From: Eubacteriales bacterium
Lineage (GTDB): Bacteria > Bacillota > Clostridia > Oscillospirales > CAG-272
Assembly (NCBI GenBank): GCA_045655145.1
Contig: JAZOOW010000135.1
Coordinates: 1-39,102, forward strand
Reading direction: 5' to 3'
DNA length: 39,102 nucleotides
The position numbers were made by a program, and so were the translations under genes. Position 1 is the first letter of the stretch; each line of letters starts with the position of its first letter. Under the pieces are notes generated by a model. The model was given only the letters and a program-made list of their open reading frames with translations, ran no database searches and was not told the origin of the DNA. Below are positions 17,680 to 27,503 of this stretch, in pieces.

Positions 17680-19115
17680 TGCCCGTAGTCGCGCATGAGG
17701 GTGGGGATGCCTACCGCCATGCCGCATCGGTGCTTTGCGATTTTCTCCGCGAGGAGGGAATAGAGGCACGTCTTGAAGACGGTGTGCTCCTTGCCTTTTC
17801 GGGTGGGGGGGACTCTGTTCTTCTTTTTCACCTTTTGTATGATTATACACAAAAGCACGGGGTCCCCTTTGCCGCCGCGCATATCCACCATGGCCTGCGC
17901 GGCGAGGAGGCCGACCGTGATGCCGCCTTTTGCAAGGAGATGGCAGACCGCTTCGGTGTCCCGTTTTTTCTCGTGCATGAGGATGTTCCGCGCTATTTAG
18001 AGGAGCATGGCCGCGGCATGGGGACCGAGGCGGCGGCGCGCACGCTCCGCTATGCGGCACTGGAGAGGCTGCTGTCCGAAAATCCTGCCTATGCGGTGTG
18101 CGCCACTGCACACCACGCTACCGATAATTTAGAAACACTTCTTTTGCATCTTGTGCGGGGAAGCGGCTTGCGCGGCATGGCAGGTATTCCGCCCGTTCGC
18201 GGCCGCTTTGTGCGGCCAATGCTTTCACTCACGCGGCGAGAGATCATGGCTGCGCTTGCCGAGATCGGTGCCGCTTACGTGACCGATTCGACCAATGCAT
18301 CGACCGATTATGACCGCAATTATATCCGCGCTGAAATATTACCGCGCCTTGCACATCTGCGCCCGGATCCGGAGCGCGCCGCCGCACGCCTCTCTGCCAA
18401 TCTGCGAGAGGAGCTGGCACTTGGAGAGTCGCTTTGTGACCGCTTCTTTGCAGAGCACGTCAAGGGCGACCGTGTAGAACGTGCTCCTTTTTTGGGACTT
18501 CCTGCGCCCGTGCGTGCTCGCGTTCTTGCGCGGCTTTGCCTTGAGGCAGGTGCTGCCGCCATGCCGGAGCGCGTGCATGCTTTGGCGGTCTATGATCTTC
18601 TTGCTGGCACACGCACCGTCGGTCGGTGCGATCTTCCCGGCGGCGTGGTGCTTTCGTGCGATCGGCGGAGCTTTTCGGTCTGCCGCCGTGCGGCATTTTC
18701 ACAGGAGCCCTACCGCATTCCCCTTTCAGAGGGAGGGAATGCATTGCCCGATGAACGCGGTGCCATCTTCCTGTTTTCAGACGGAAAGGCCGCCCTTGCA
18801 TTTGAAGAAGAGAACAGAAATATTTACAATTTATTTATACACACGATGATTCCTTTTGCTACAATAAGTGGTGAGTTGCACGCGCGTACGCTGAAAAACG
18901 GCGACGCTTATCGCATGGGCGGCATGACACGCCGCGTGCGTCGCCTGCTCTCCTCGCTTCATCTTCCGCCCTCCCTGCGTACCGTATATCCGATCGTATG
19001 TGACGGTGCAGGGGTTCTTTGGGTTCCCGGCTTCGGCGTGCGTGATGCCGCTTTAGCGGAAAATAAAAAGTCGGGTGCTCTGTATGCGTATTTTTGCTAT
19101 CAGCGGAAAGAATGA
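17676..19115 (+). CDS. tilS: tRNA(Ile)-lysidine synthetase TilS (479 aa)
   Basis: PP-loop motif LLAFSGGGDSV, then HHGLRGEEADRD and HHATDNLETLLLHLVRG. The ATG overlaps the dnaB stop (ATGA at 17676-17679). Confidence 0.85.
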   Translation: MMPVVAHEGGDAYRHAASVLCDFLREEGIEARLEDGVLLAFSGGGDSVLLFHLLYDYTQKHGVPFAAAHIHHGLRGEEADRDAAFCKEMADRFGVPFFLVHEDVPRYLEEHGRGMGTEAAARTLRYAALERLLSENPAYAVCATAHHATDNLETLLLHLVRGSGLRGMAGIPPVRGRFVRPMLSLTRREIMAALAEIGAAYVTDSTNASTDYDRNYIRAEILPRLAHLRPDPERAAARLSANLREELALGESLCDRFFAEHVKGDRVERAPFLGLPAPVRARVLARLCLEAGAAAMPERVHALAVYDLLAGTRTVGRCDLPGGVVLSCDRRSFSVCRRAAFSQEPYRIPLSEGGNALPDERGAIFLFSDGKAALAFEEENRNIYNLFIHTMIPFATISGELHARTLKNGDAYRMGGMTRRVRRLLSSLHLPPSLRTVYPIVCDGAGVLWVPGFGVRDAALAENKKSGALYAYFCYQRKE

Positions 19116-19211
19116 AATAGAGGGCCATTTGTAAAACACATCTACTCTGATCACACGGGATCTTAACGTATATTCTCGGGGCCGCCGGCTCGGAGAACGG
19201 AAAGGCATGGT

Positions 19212-21326
<2,115 letters not shown>

Positions 21327-21340
21327 TATGCAAATACAAT

Positions 21341-21375
21341 AAAAATCGGCAGAGAATTTCCTCTGCCGATTTTTA
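21341..21375 (+). terminator. Rho-independent terminator of ftsH
   Basis: AAAAATCGGCAGAG-AATTTC-CTCTGCCGATTTTT: a perfect 14-bp stem including the A/T flanks. Confidence 0.75.
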
Positions 21376-21459
21376 TGCAATTTTTCATGTCGGCATATTC
21401 AATGCCGGTGTGTTTGCTTTTCTCGTTTATTGTAGCCTAAGCGGGCTCGAACCAACAAG

Positions 21460-21568
21460 CCCCTCGCCGATGAATTTCCGCGTTTTTTGCCGCCACTCGC
21501 CTTAAAAAGTCCACACTTTTCTGCACCTCGCGTCACCAAAATCCGTCAAAAATTCCTTCGGCGAGGGG
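21460..21568. repeat. 11-bp perfect inverted repeat (extendable to about 18 bp imperfect) enclosing 87 nt of non-coding sequence
   Basis: CCCCTCGCCGA (21460-21470) and TCGGCGAGGGG (21558-21568). The flanks continue to match imperfectly (TGAATTT vs AAATTCC). No ORF of 60 aa or more overlaps it. Confidence 0.6.
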
Positions 21569-21636
21569 TGTTCTTTGAACGCCTGCGGGCGAACTGCGTT
21601 CGCCCCTGCTGAGCGCAACAGATGTTTTTGAGATTT

Positions 21637-21828
21637 TTATTCCTCGTTGTTTCGCTCATCTTCATCTGCTCTGACGAGTTTGTATTCCGGATTTCTTAGC
21701 ATAACACCGCATTCGGTTGCTATGATTTCTACATGTTTTGTCAAGGCGAATCGTTCTCTAAATTCTTTAGGTATAACAATTCTGCCCAGCTTGTCAACTT
21801 CCTTGATGATTCCTACTACAGCCTTCAT
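21637..21828 (-). CDS. AbrB/SpoVT-domain DNA-binding protein (63 aa; transition-state-regulator or MazE-like fold)
   Basis: GIIKEVDKLGRIVIPKEFRERF closely resembles the AbrB N-terminal swapped-hairpin motif (VRKVDELGRVVIPIELRR). RBS AGAGGA upstream. Local composition is AT-rich. Confidence 0.8.
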   Translation of the reverse strand: MKAVVGIIKEVDKLGRIVIPKEFRERFALTKHVEIIATECGVMLRNPEYKLVRADEDERNNEE

Positions 21829-21862
21829 TTTTCCTCTGCGTTAAAGCTTATGCTTGCTTATT

Positions 21863-21919
21863 TTGGCATTTAGTAAATGTCATGTTATGTAGTATAACAC
21901 AATATAATAGATTTGTCAA
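21863..21919. promoter_or_regulatory. Divergent, physically overlapping promoters of the AbrB-like and XRE genes
   Basis: Minus strand: -35 TTGACA (21919-21914), 17-nt spacer, -10 TATACT (21896-21891). Plus strand candidates: TTGGCA (21863-21868), 17 nt, TATGTA (21886-21891), plus a perfect TATAAT at 21903-21908. Three (A/T)TGTCA(A/T) motifs lie at about 21877, 21914 and 21927. Confidence 0.4.
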
Positions 21920-21946
21920 TCACTGAATGTCAAAACGAGGTGTAAA

Positions 21947-22186
21947 ATGTTTAAGAACAAAAATGAGGGAAGGAATAATCTGTGCGGCGAGAACATTCGC
22001 AAGCTCAGACTGTGCTATCCCACAAAGCTTTCACAAAGAGGTCTTGCGGATAAAATGCAGCTGATTGGGATAGATATAGATAAGAATGCTATACAAAGAA
22101 TTGAGTGTGGAAAAAGATTTGTGACGGATATCGAGTTGAAGGCCTTTTCCGAAATATTCGGAGTTGCGATTGACCAACTTGTTTAA
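21947..22186 (+). CDS. XRE-family helix-turn-helix transcriptional regulator (79 aa)
   Basis: ENIRKLRLCYPTKLSQRGLADKMQLIGIDIDKNAIQRIECGKR is a typical HTH_3 (Cro/CI-type) domain. RBS GAGGTG upstream. AT-rich. Confidence 0.8.
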   Translation: MFKNKNEGRNNLCGENIRKLRLCYPTKLSQRGLADKMQLIGIDIDKNAIQRIECGKRFVTDIELKAFSEIFGVAIDQLV

Positions 22187-22221
22187 TCTGACATGTGTTT
22201 TTTGTTACAGAAAGGTTCCGT

Positions 22222-22265
22222 AAAAAAAAGAGGACAGAGATTTTTAATTCTCTGTCCTCTTTTTG
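22222..22265. terminator. Bidirectional terminator shared by the XRE gene (+) and the decarboxylase operon (-)
   Basis: AAAAAAAAGAGGACAGAGA-TTTTTAAT-TCTCTGTCCTCTTTTT: a 13-bp stem with A- and T-tracts on either side. Confidence 0.75.
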
Positions 22266-22333
22266 TGGGGTTAGGATTGATTTCCGAAGGTTCCTTTAGA
22301 GGATGGCGCTTTCACGGGAGCTTTTTTGTCAGA

Positions 22334-23728
22334 TCAAACGGCGTGCACACCCAGCTTGGGGTCGCCCTCCTCGTCGATCTTGTATTTGGCGGCCTTACGC
22401 TTTTCAAAGAATTTGATAGCCACCTGCTCAAAGAGTGCAAGCGAGAGAAGATCCTCCTCCTGCTCGGCGTAGGGGGCTACGCGCTCGCGGAGTGTTGCGA
22501 TCTCAGGCTTGAGATCGTCAGCAGGGCGATAGTCGATCGGTGCATCGTCGCCGATGATCTGGCGGCGGAATTCCTCATCGATCGGGGCAGGCGTTTTGCC
22601 GTATTCACCGCGGATAAGTCCCTTAAACTCCTTGGTGACCATCTTGTAGCGTTCACCCATCAAGACATTGTACACAGCCTGCGTGCCAACGATCTGCGAG
22701 GTGGGGGTTACGAGGGAGGCATAGCCTGCATCGGCACGCACACGCGGAACCTCTGCAAGAACCTCGGGAAGCAGCTCGGACTTGCCTGCCTGCTTCAGCT
22801 GGGAAACAAGGTTGGAGAGCATGCCGCCCGGCACCTGATAGCGGAGTGCGTTTACATCGACCTTCAAAACCTTGGGGTCGATCAGACCGTTTTGCAGATA
22901 CTTTTCGCGGATGGGCGTGAAATGCTTTGCCACGGCATCCAGCTTGCCAAGATCAAGCCCTGTATCGTAGGGCGTGTCTTGCAGGGTGGCAACCAGCGGC
23001 TCGGTGGGAGCCTGCGAGGTGCCCATCGCAAAGGGGGAGATCGCCGTGTCAACAATATCCACGCCGGCTTCAACTGCCTTCAGGATCGTCATAGAGGCAA
23101 GACCGGCCGTGTAGTGGGTATGAAGCTGGATCGGCAGGGAAACGGTGGATTTCAGCGTCTTGACAAGCTGATAAGCATCATAGGGCTTGAGAAGTCCCGA
23201 CATGTCCTTGATGCAGATCGAGTCTGCACCCATGTCCTCAAGCTCCTTGGCGTATGCGGCAAAGGCCTCGTTTGTGTGGTAGGGGCTGGTCGTGTAGCTG
23301 AATGCCGCCTGCACGTGTCCGCCCTCCTTCTTGGTGGCACGGATGGCGGTCTTGAGATTGCGCGCGTCGTTAAGCGCATCGAAAATACGGATGATGTTGA
23401 TACCGTTGGCAACCGATTTCTGTACGAAGTATTCTACAACATCGTCTGCGTAATGGCGGTAGCCGAGAATGTTCTGTCCGCGGAAGAGCATCTGGAGATT
23501 GGTATTCTTTACGTGATCGCGGATCACACGCAGGCGGTGCCAGGGATCCTCGCCAAGGAAGCGCAGGCAGGAATCAAAGGTCGCGCCTCCCCAAGCCTCA
23601 AGAGAATGATAACCGACGGCATCAAGAAGCTCTAAAGCAGGGATCATTTCGTCAAGCGTCATGCGCGTAGCGGCCAGCGACTGGTGCGAGTCGCGTAGTA
23701 CGGTTTCTGTAATTTTTACTTTTGCCAT
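22334..23728 (-). CDS. Oxaloacetate/pyruvate carboxyltransferase, OadA / transcarboxylase-5S type, without a biotin domain (464 aa)
   Basis: HMGL-like TIM-barrel motifs are present (TETVLRDSHQSL, CIKDMSGLL, QLHTHYTAGLA), followed by a PYC_OADA-type C-terminal region. The protein ends (…DPKLGVHAV) with no AMKM biotinylation motif. Confidence 0.85.
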   Translation of the reverse strand: MAKVKITETVLRDSHQSLAATRMTLDEMIPALELLDAVGYHSLEAWGGATFDSCLRFLGEDPWHRLRVIRDHVKNTNLQMLFRGQNILGYRHYADDVVEYFVQKSVANGINIIRIFDALNDARNLKTAIRATKKEGGHVQAAFSYTTSPYHTNEAFAAYAKELEDMGADSICIKDMSGLLKPYDAYQLVKTLKSTVSLPIQLHTHYTAGLASMTILKAVEAGVDIVDTAISPFAMGTSQAPTEPLVATLQDTPYDTGLDLGKLDAVAKHFTPIREKYLQNGLIDPKVLKVDVNALRYQVPGGMLSNLVSQLKQAGKSELLPEVLAEVPRVRADAGYASLVTPTSQIVGTQAVYNVLMGERYKMVTKEFKGLIRGEYGKTPAPIDEEFRRQIIGDDAPIDYRPADDLKPEIATLRERVAPYAEQEEDLLSLALFEQVAIKFFEKRKAAKYKIDEEGDPKLGVHAV

Positions 23729-23755
23729 GGTTCGTGTCCTTTCGTCATGTTGGGG

Positions 23756-24994
23756 TTAGAGCATGTAGAGCTGCAGGAACACACCTGCGGCAACGGCAGA
23801 ACCGATAACACCCGCCACGTTCGGTCCCATGGCATGCATGAGAAGGAAGTTTGAGGGGTTGGCCTTGCGGCCCTCATCCTGGGCAACGCGGGCGGCCATC
23901 GGGACGGCGGAAACACCGGCAGAGCCGATCAGGGGATTGATCTTGCCGTGCGTCAGGAAGCACATCAGCTTGGCAAAGAGCAGACCGCCGAGCGTCGAGA
24001 TCGCAAAGGCAACAAGTCCAAGACCGACGATGATCAGCGTCTTGATGTCAAGGAAATTTGAAGCGTTGGCGGTCGCGCCGACCGAAACACCCAGCATGAT
24101 GGTAACAATATTGATCAGCTCGTTCTGTGCCGTCTTGGACAGACGCTCGGTAACACCGCAAACGTTGAGCAGGTTGCCAAACATCAAAAATCCAACAAGC
24201 GGTGCGGCGTCGGGGACGAGAAGAACCACAACCAGCGTTACGATGATGGGGAAGAGCACCTTTTCCACCTTTGATACAGGACGCAGGTTGGTCATGACGA
24301 TGCTTCTTTCCTTTTTTGTTGTTACAAGCCGCATGAGAGGCGGTTGGATCATCGGAATGAGGGCCATGTAGCTGTATGCGGCAATGGCAATAGCACTGAG
24401 AAGATCAGATGCTAACTGCTTGGTGACCAGAATGGCCGTTGGTCCGTCGGCACCGCCGATAATACCGATGGCACCTGCCTCTGCCGGAGTATAAACACCC
24501 GTCAGCATCGCGCCGAAGAAGGCGACGAATACACCGAGCTGTGCAGCCGCACCGAGGAGCAGACTCTTCGGGTTGGCGATCAGGGCGGTAAAGTCGGTCA
24601 TAGCACCCACACCAAGGAAGATCAGCGAGGGATAAATGCCCAGCTTAACGCCAAGGTACAGATAGTCGATCAGCCCCGCCTTTTGCAAAAAGAAGCCGAA
24701 ATCGTCGGTAAACAGGGGGTATGTAACGCCGGGAACAAAATCATCGGGCTCGATGAAGAAATCGGGGTGAAAAAGCATCGTTTCGGGCGTGAAGGTGATG
24801 TTGGCAAGCAGCATGCCCGTCGCGATGGGGATCAGCAATAGCGGTTCAAACTTTTTCACGATGCCGAGGTAGAAAAGCGCACCGATGATGACATACATGA
24901 TCAAGGTCTTGATCGCCAACTCGGGATCGGAAAACAGGCTGCTGATACCTGTGCCCTCATAAAAATTGATAAGAGCTTCTTGTATTGCACTCAT
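23756..24994 (-). CDS. Na+-translocating decarboxylase beta subunit (OadB/MmdB/GcdB family, 412 aa)
   Basis: Highly hydrophobic polytopic protein with the family's characteristic segments (GIVKKFEPLLLIPIATGMLLAN, GAADGPTAI-like IIGGADGPTAI, SAGVSAVPMAARV). Confidence 0.88.
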   Translation of the reverse strand: MSAIQEALINFYEGTGISSLFSDPELAIKTLIMYVIIGALFYLGIVKKFEPLLLIPIATGMLLANITFTPETMLFHPDFFIEPDDFVPGVTYPLFTDDFGFFLQKAGLIDYLYLGVKLGIYPSLIFLGVGAMTDFTALIANPKSLLLGAAAQLGVFVAFFGAMLTGVYTPAEAGAIGIIGGADGPTAILVTKQLASDLLSAIAIAAYSYMALIPMIQPPLMRLVTTKKERSIVMTNLRPVSKVEKVLFPIIVTLVVVLLVPDAAPLVGFLMFGNLLNVCGVTERLSKTAQNELINIVTIMLGVSVGATANASNFLDIKTLIIVGLGLVAFAISTLGGLLFAKLMCFLTHGKINPLIGSAGVSAVPMAARVAQDEGRKANPSNFLLMHAMGPNVAGVIGSAVAAGVFLQLYML

Positions 24995-25025
24995 GTTCGT
25001 ACCAGCCTTATATATACAGTAAGGA

Positions 25026-25439
25026 TCAGTTCAGCGATACGAGAAGATCGCCGGCGTTTACAGAGGCACCCTTGGCCACGTTGATCGAGGCAACCGTGCC
25101 GTCCTGCGGGGCGGGAATAGCATTTTCCATTTTCATGGCCTCCAGAATGCAGACGGTGTCACCCTTCTTGACAGCCTGGCCGACTGTGACCTCGATCTTA
25201 AGGATCGTGCCGGGCATGGGGGATGTAATTTGTACGCTACCCGCTGCGCCGGAGGCCGCGGGGGCTGCGGGCTTTGCCGGAGGGGCGGGGGCTGCCGCAG
25301 GTGCAGGAGCAGCAGGAGCAGTCGGTGCCACAGGGGCAACGGGAGCAGGTGCTGTTACGGGAGCAGAGAAGCTGCCGTCTGCCTCCTCAACAAACACCTC
25401 GTAAGTATTTCCGTTTACGGTAATGTTATATTTCTTCAT
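25026..25439 (-). CDS. Free-standing biotin carboxyl carrier protein (137 aa)
   Basis: N-terminal small domain, then an Ala/Pro-rich linker (about 25242-25364), then a biotinyl domain with ILEAMKMEN (Lys103, nt 25131-25133). RBS GGAGA upstream. Confidence 0.9.
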   Translation of the reverse strand: MKKYNITVNGNTYEVFVEEADGSFSAPVTAPAPVAPVAPTAPAAPAPAAAPAPPAKPAAPAASGAAGSVQITSPMPGTILKIEVTVGQAVKKGDTVCILEAMKMENAIPAPQDGTVASINVAKGASVNAGDLLVSLN

Positions 25440-25471
25440 GATTTATCTCCGTTCTCCGCAAGATGCGGCTT

Positions 25472-25825
25472 TTATTTTTTTACGCGGTGAAAGGCAACAA
25501 CGCGGAAGCCGCCCTCTTCGTCAGCGCGGTATGCGGCAACGGCGGCGGTAATGACGGCAATCAGCTCGGCATCCGGCAGATTGGATGCGGGCGCGGCTGT
25601 GGGAAGAGGAGCCGCTTCCTCGGCAGCAGGCCGCTCTGCACGGCGCTTTGGCAGATCGTAAAGGAAAAAACGCGTGATTGCAAGACAAAGCCATATGATG
25701 CAAAGAACGGCAAACACCGTCAGCATGCCCTGCAAAAGGACACGGGAGCCCTCGCCAAGGCGTGCCAAGAAATCAGGGTTCAACGTCTTGCCCGCCTCAT
25801 TGGCATCCAATAAAAAGTGATACAT
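25472..25825 (-). CDS. OadG-like small membrane subunit (gamma/delta type, 117 aa)
   Basis: One TM helix (LLQGMLTVFAVLCIIWLCLAI), a Pro/Ala linker, and a C-terminal ELIAVITAAVAAY motif typical of OAD_gamma proteins. Strong RBS AAGGAGGG upstream. It lies inside the operon. Confidence 0.65.
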   Translation of the reverse strand: MYHFLLDANEAGKTLNPDFLARLGEGSRVLLQGMLTVFAVLCIIWLCLAITRFFLYDLPKRRAERPAAEEAAPLPTAAPASNLPDAELIAVITAAVAAYRADEEGGFRVVAFHRVKK

Positions 25826-25836
25826 GGCGGCCCTCC

Positions 25837-27252
25837 TTACAGGGGAAGAATGCTATGGCGGCGGGGGAGTACGGTTCCCTTAGCCGCAAGAAGCAGAAGT
25901 GCCGAGCAAATGCGCTGGCGGAGCTCCGGCATGCTGATAATATCGTCGATCGCACCCGTAGATGCGGCGGCAACCGGGGAAGCGAGATTCTCTCTCCACG
26001 CCTCCTCAAGCTCTGCGCGGGATACGGTAGTCGTAATGCTGTCATTCATGGCAAAGGCCACGGCAGAGCCTGCATTCATCGTAGAGATCTCCGCGCCCTC
26101 AAAGGCGTAAGCCACATCGGCACCTACACTCTTGGAGCCGAGCAGGGTATATGCACCGCCGATGGCGCGGCCGAGAATGGCAGTAACCTTGGCGTTTTCC
26201 GATTTTGTATACGCCATAGCAAGCTTGGCGAGCTCGGCGGCAAAGCTACTCTGTTCATTGTCGGCAGAGATGGCATAGCCTGCGCTGTTAACAAGGGTAA
26301 CAAGAGGCAAAGAAAAGGCATCGCAGAAGTCAACAAAGCGTGCGGCCTTTCTGGCGGCGGCGGCAGTCAGTCTGCCCTCATCCTCGGCATAGTCGCTGGC
26401 AAGCAAGCCGCAGGTAACACCGCCGACGTTGGCAAACGCCGTCACGATAGCCGGTGCGGAAGCGGCACCCACCTCTACGTAATCGCCGCGGTCGGCAATC
26501 GCAGAGAGGACGACATGGATATCGCCGTTCGGATCCAATCTGTCCAGCGTACGATTGAGGTCGTCAGAGGCACTTGCTACCATGACACCCACACTGCTGT
26601 TTTGGGGCAGGAAGGAAAGAAGCTTGCGTGTATAAGCGGTTGCCTCCAGCATGTCGGCGGCGTTGAACGCGAGTAAATGGTCCTGCGCATTTTCTGCGCC
26701 CGTCAATGCGGGGGAATTCACATAAAGCTTGCTACCCTCGGTGTTGATGACAAAGTCATACATGGCGGCAATCGCGGCAAAGCTGCCGATGCAGTCACCA
26801 CCCAAGAGAGCGATCTGCGGAATCACGCCCGAGGCGGCGGACACAGCCCCCATGATGCGGCCATAGCCCGCGAGTGCATCCACACCCTCAAAAATATCCG
26901 CACCAACACAGTCAAAAATACCGACCACAGGTGCGCCATTTTTGATCGCGAGATCGTAAAGAGAGCAGATCTTCTTCGCATGGGCGGCATCGAGGGCCCC
27001 CTTCATGCGTGCGCTATCCTGTGCAAAGGCAAAAACCAGTTGGCCGTTTACGGCACCGTAGCCGCAGATAACACCCTCAAACTCTCCATCCTTGACACTG
27101 CTCTTGACTTCGCTGAAGCTGCGCTTGGTAAAGGCACCCAGCTCAACAAAGGTCTTGGCATCAAACAGGGATTTGATGCGCGTCATTGCGTCGGTCTTCG
27201 ACACCTTGGCAAGTGCCTTGCGCAGAGCCGCTGCTGTGGGAAATCCGTTCAT
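25837..27252 (-). CDS. Acyl-CoA carboxyltransferase, MmdA/GcdA/12S (Carboxyl_trans) family (471 aa from the ATG at 27252)
   Basis: The two-domain carboxyl-transferase pattern is present (…YGAVNGQLVFAFAQD…, …GVIPQIALLGG…, …AILGRAIGGAYTLLG…). The track's start at 27384 is a TTG lying in AT-rich promoter-like DNA. I prefer the ATG at 27252 although its RBS is weak, so the start is uncertain. Confidence 0.78.
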   Translation of the reverse strand: MNGFPTAAALRKALAKVSKTDAMTRIKSLFDAKTFVELGAFTKRSFSEVKSSVKDGEFEGVICGYGAVNGQLVFAFAQDSARMKGALDAAHAKKICSLYDLAIKNGAPVVGIFDCVGADIFEGVDALAGYGRIMGAVSAASGVIPQIALLGGDCIGSFAAIAAMYDFVINTEGSKLYVNSPALTGAENAQDHLLAFNAADMLEATAYTRKLLSFLPQNSSVGVMVASASDDLNRTLDRLDPNGDIHVVLSAIADRGDYVEVGAASAPAIVTAFANVGGVTCGLLASDYAEDEGRLTAAAARKAARFVDFCDAFSLPLVTLVNSAGYAISADNEQSSFAAELAKLAMAYTKSENAKVTAILGRAIGGAYTLLGSKSVGADVAYAFEGAEISTMNAGSAVAFAMNDSITTTVSRAELEEAWRENLASPVAAASTGAIDDIISMPELRQRICSALLLLAAKGTVLPRRHSILPL

Positions 27253-27293
27253 TTTGTTTTCGGTACTGTCCTGCTTGCTCAAACCGAATTTCC

Positions 27294-27313
27294 GATTTGC
27301 CGTACGGCAAATC
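27294..27313. promoter_or_regulatory. Perfect 20-bp palindrome in the leader of the decarboxylase operon (candidate operator or RNA hairpin)
   Basis: GATTTGCCGTACGGCAAATC is its own reverse complement. It lies between the predicted -10 (27389-27394) and the ATG at 27252. Confidence 0.55.
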
Positions 27314-27388
27314 TCTCCTTCCCTTAAAATTCTGTTACGGGGAATATCTCCAAATCTATTAATAAATAGACTAATTTCCACCAACTAT

Positions 27389-27417
27389 ACTATACCACCT
27401 AATGACAAAAAAAGCAA
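27389..27417 (-). promoter_or_regulatory. Sigma-A type promoter of the decarboxylase operon
   Basis: On the minus strand: -35 TTGCTT (27417-27412), 17-nt spacer, -10 TATAGT (27394-27389). Confidence 0.4.
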
Positions 27418-27503
27418 GTGTTTTTTCTCTTCTTTACAAAAAAAGCCGTTTTTTCCGTATCCCGACAAAAAAGGTGCGCATAGGCTGACAGTGAGGTGAT
27501 GAT

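Noticed and set aside
21389-21636. A possible MazF-type toxin gene downstream of the AbrB/MazE-fold gene.
   Set aside because: On the minus strand this stretch has no ATG-initiated ORF. The best reading frame is a 38-codon TTG ORF (…GANAVRPQAFKEHPSPKEFLTDFGDARCRKVWTF) with no RBS and no toxin-like features.
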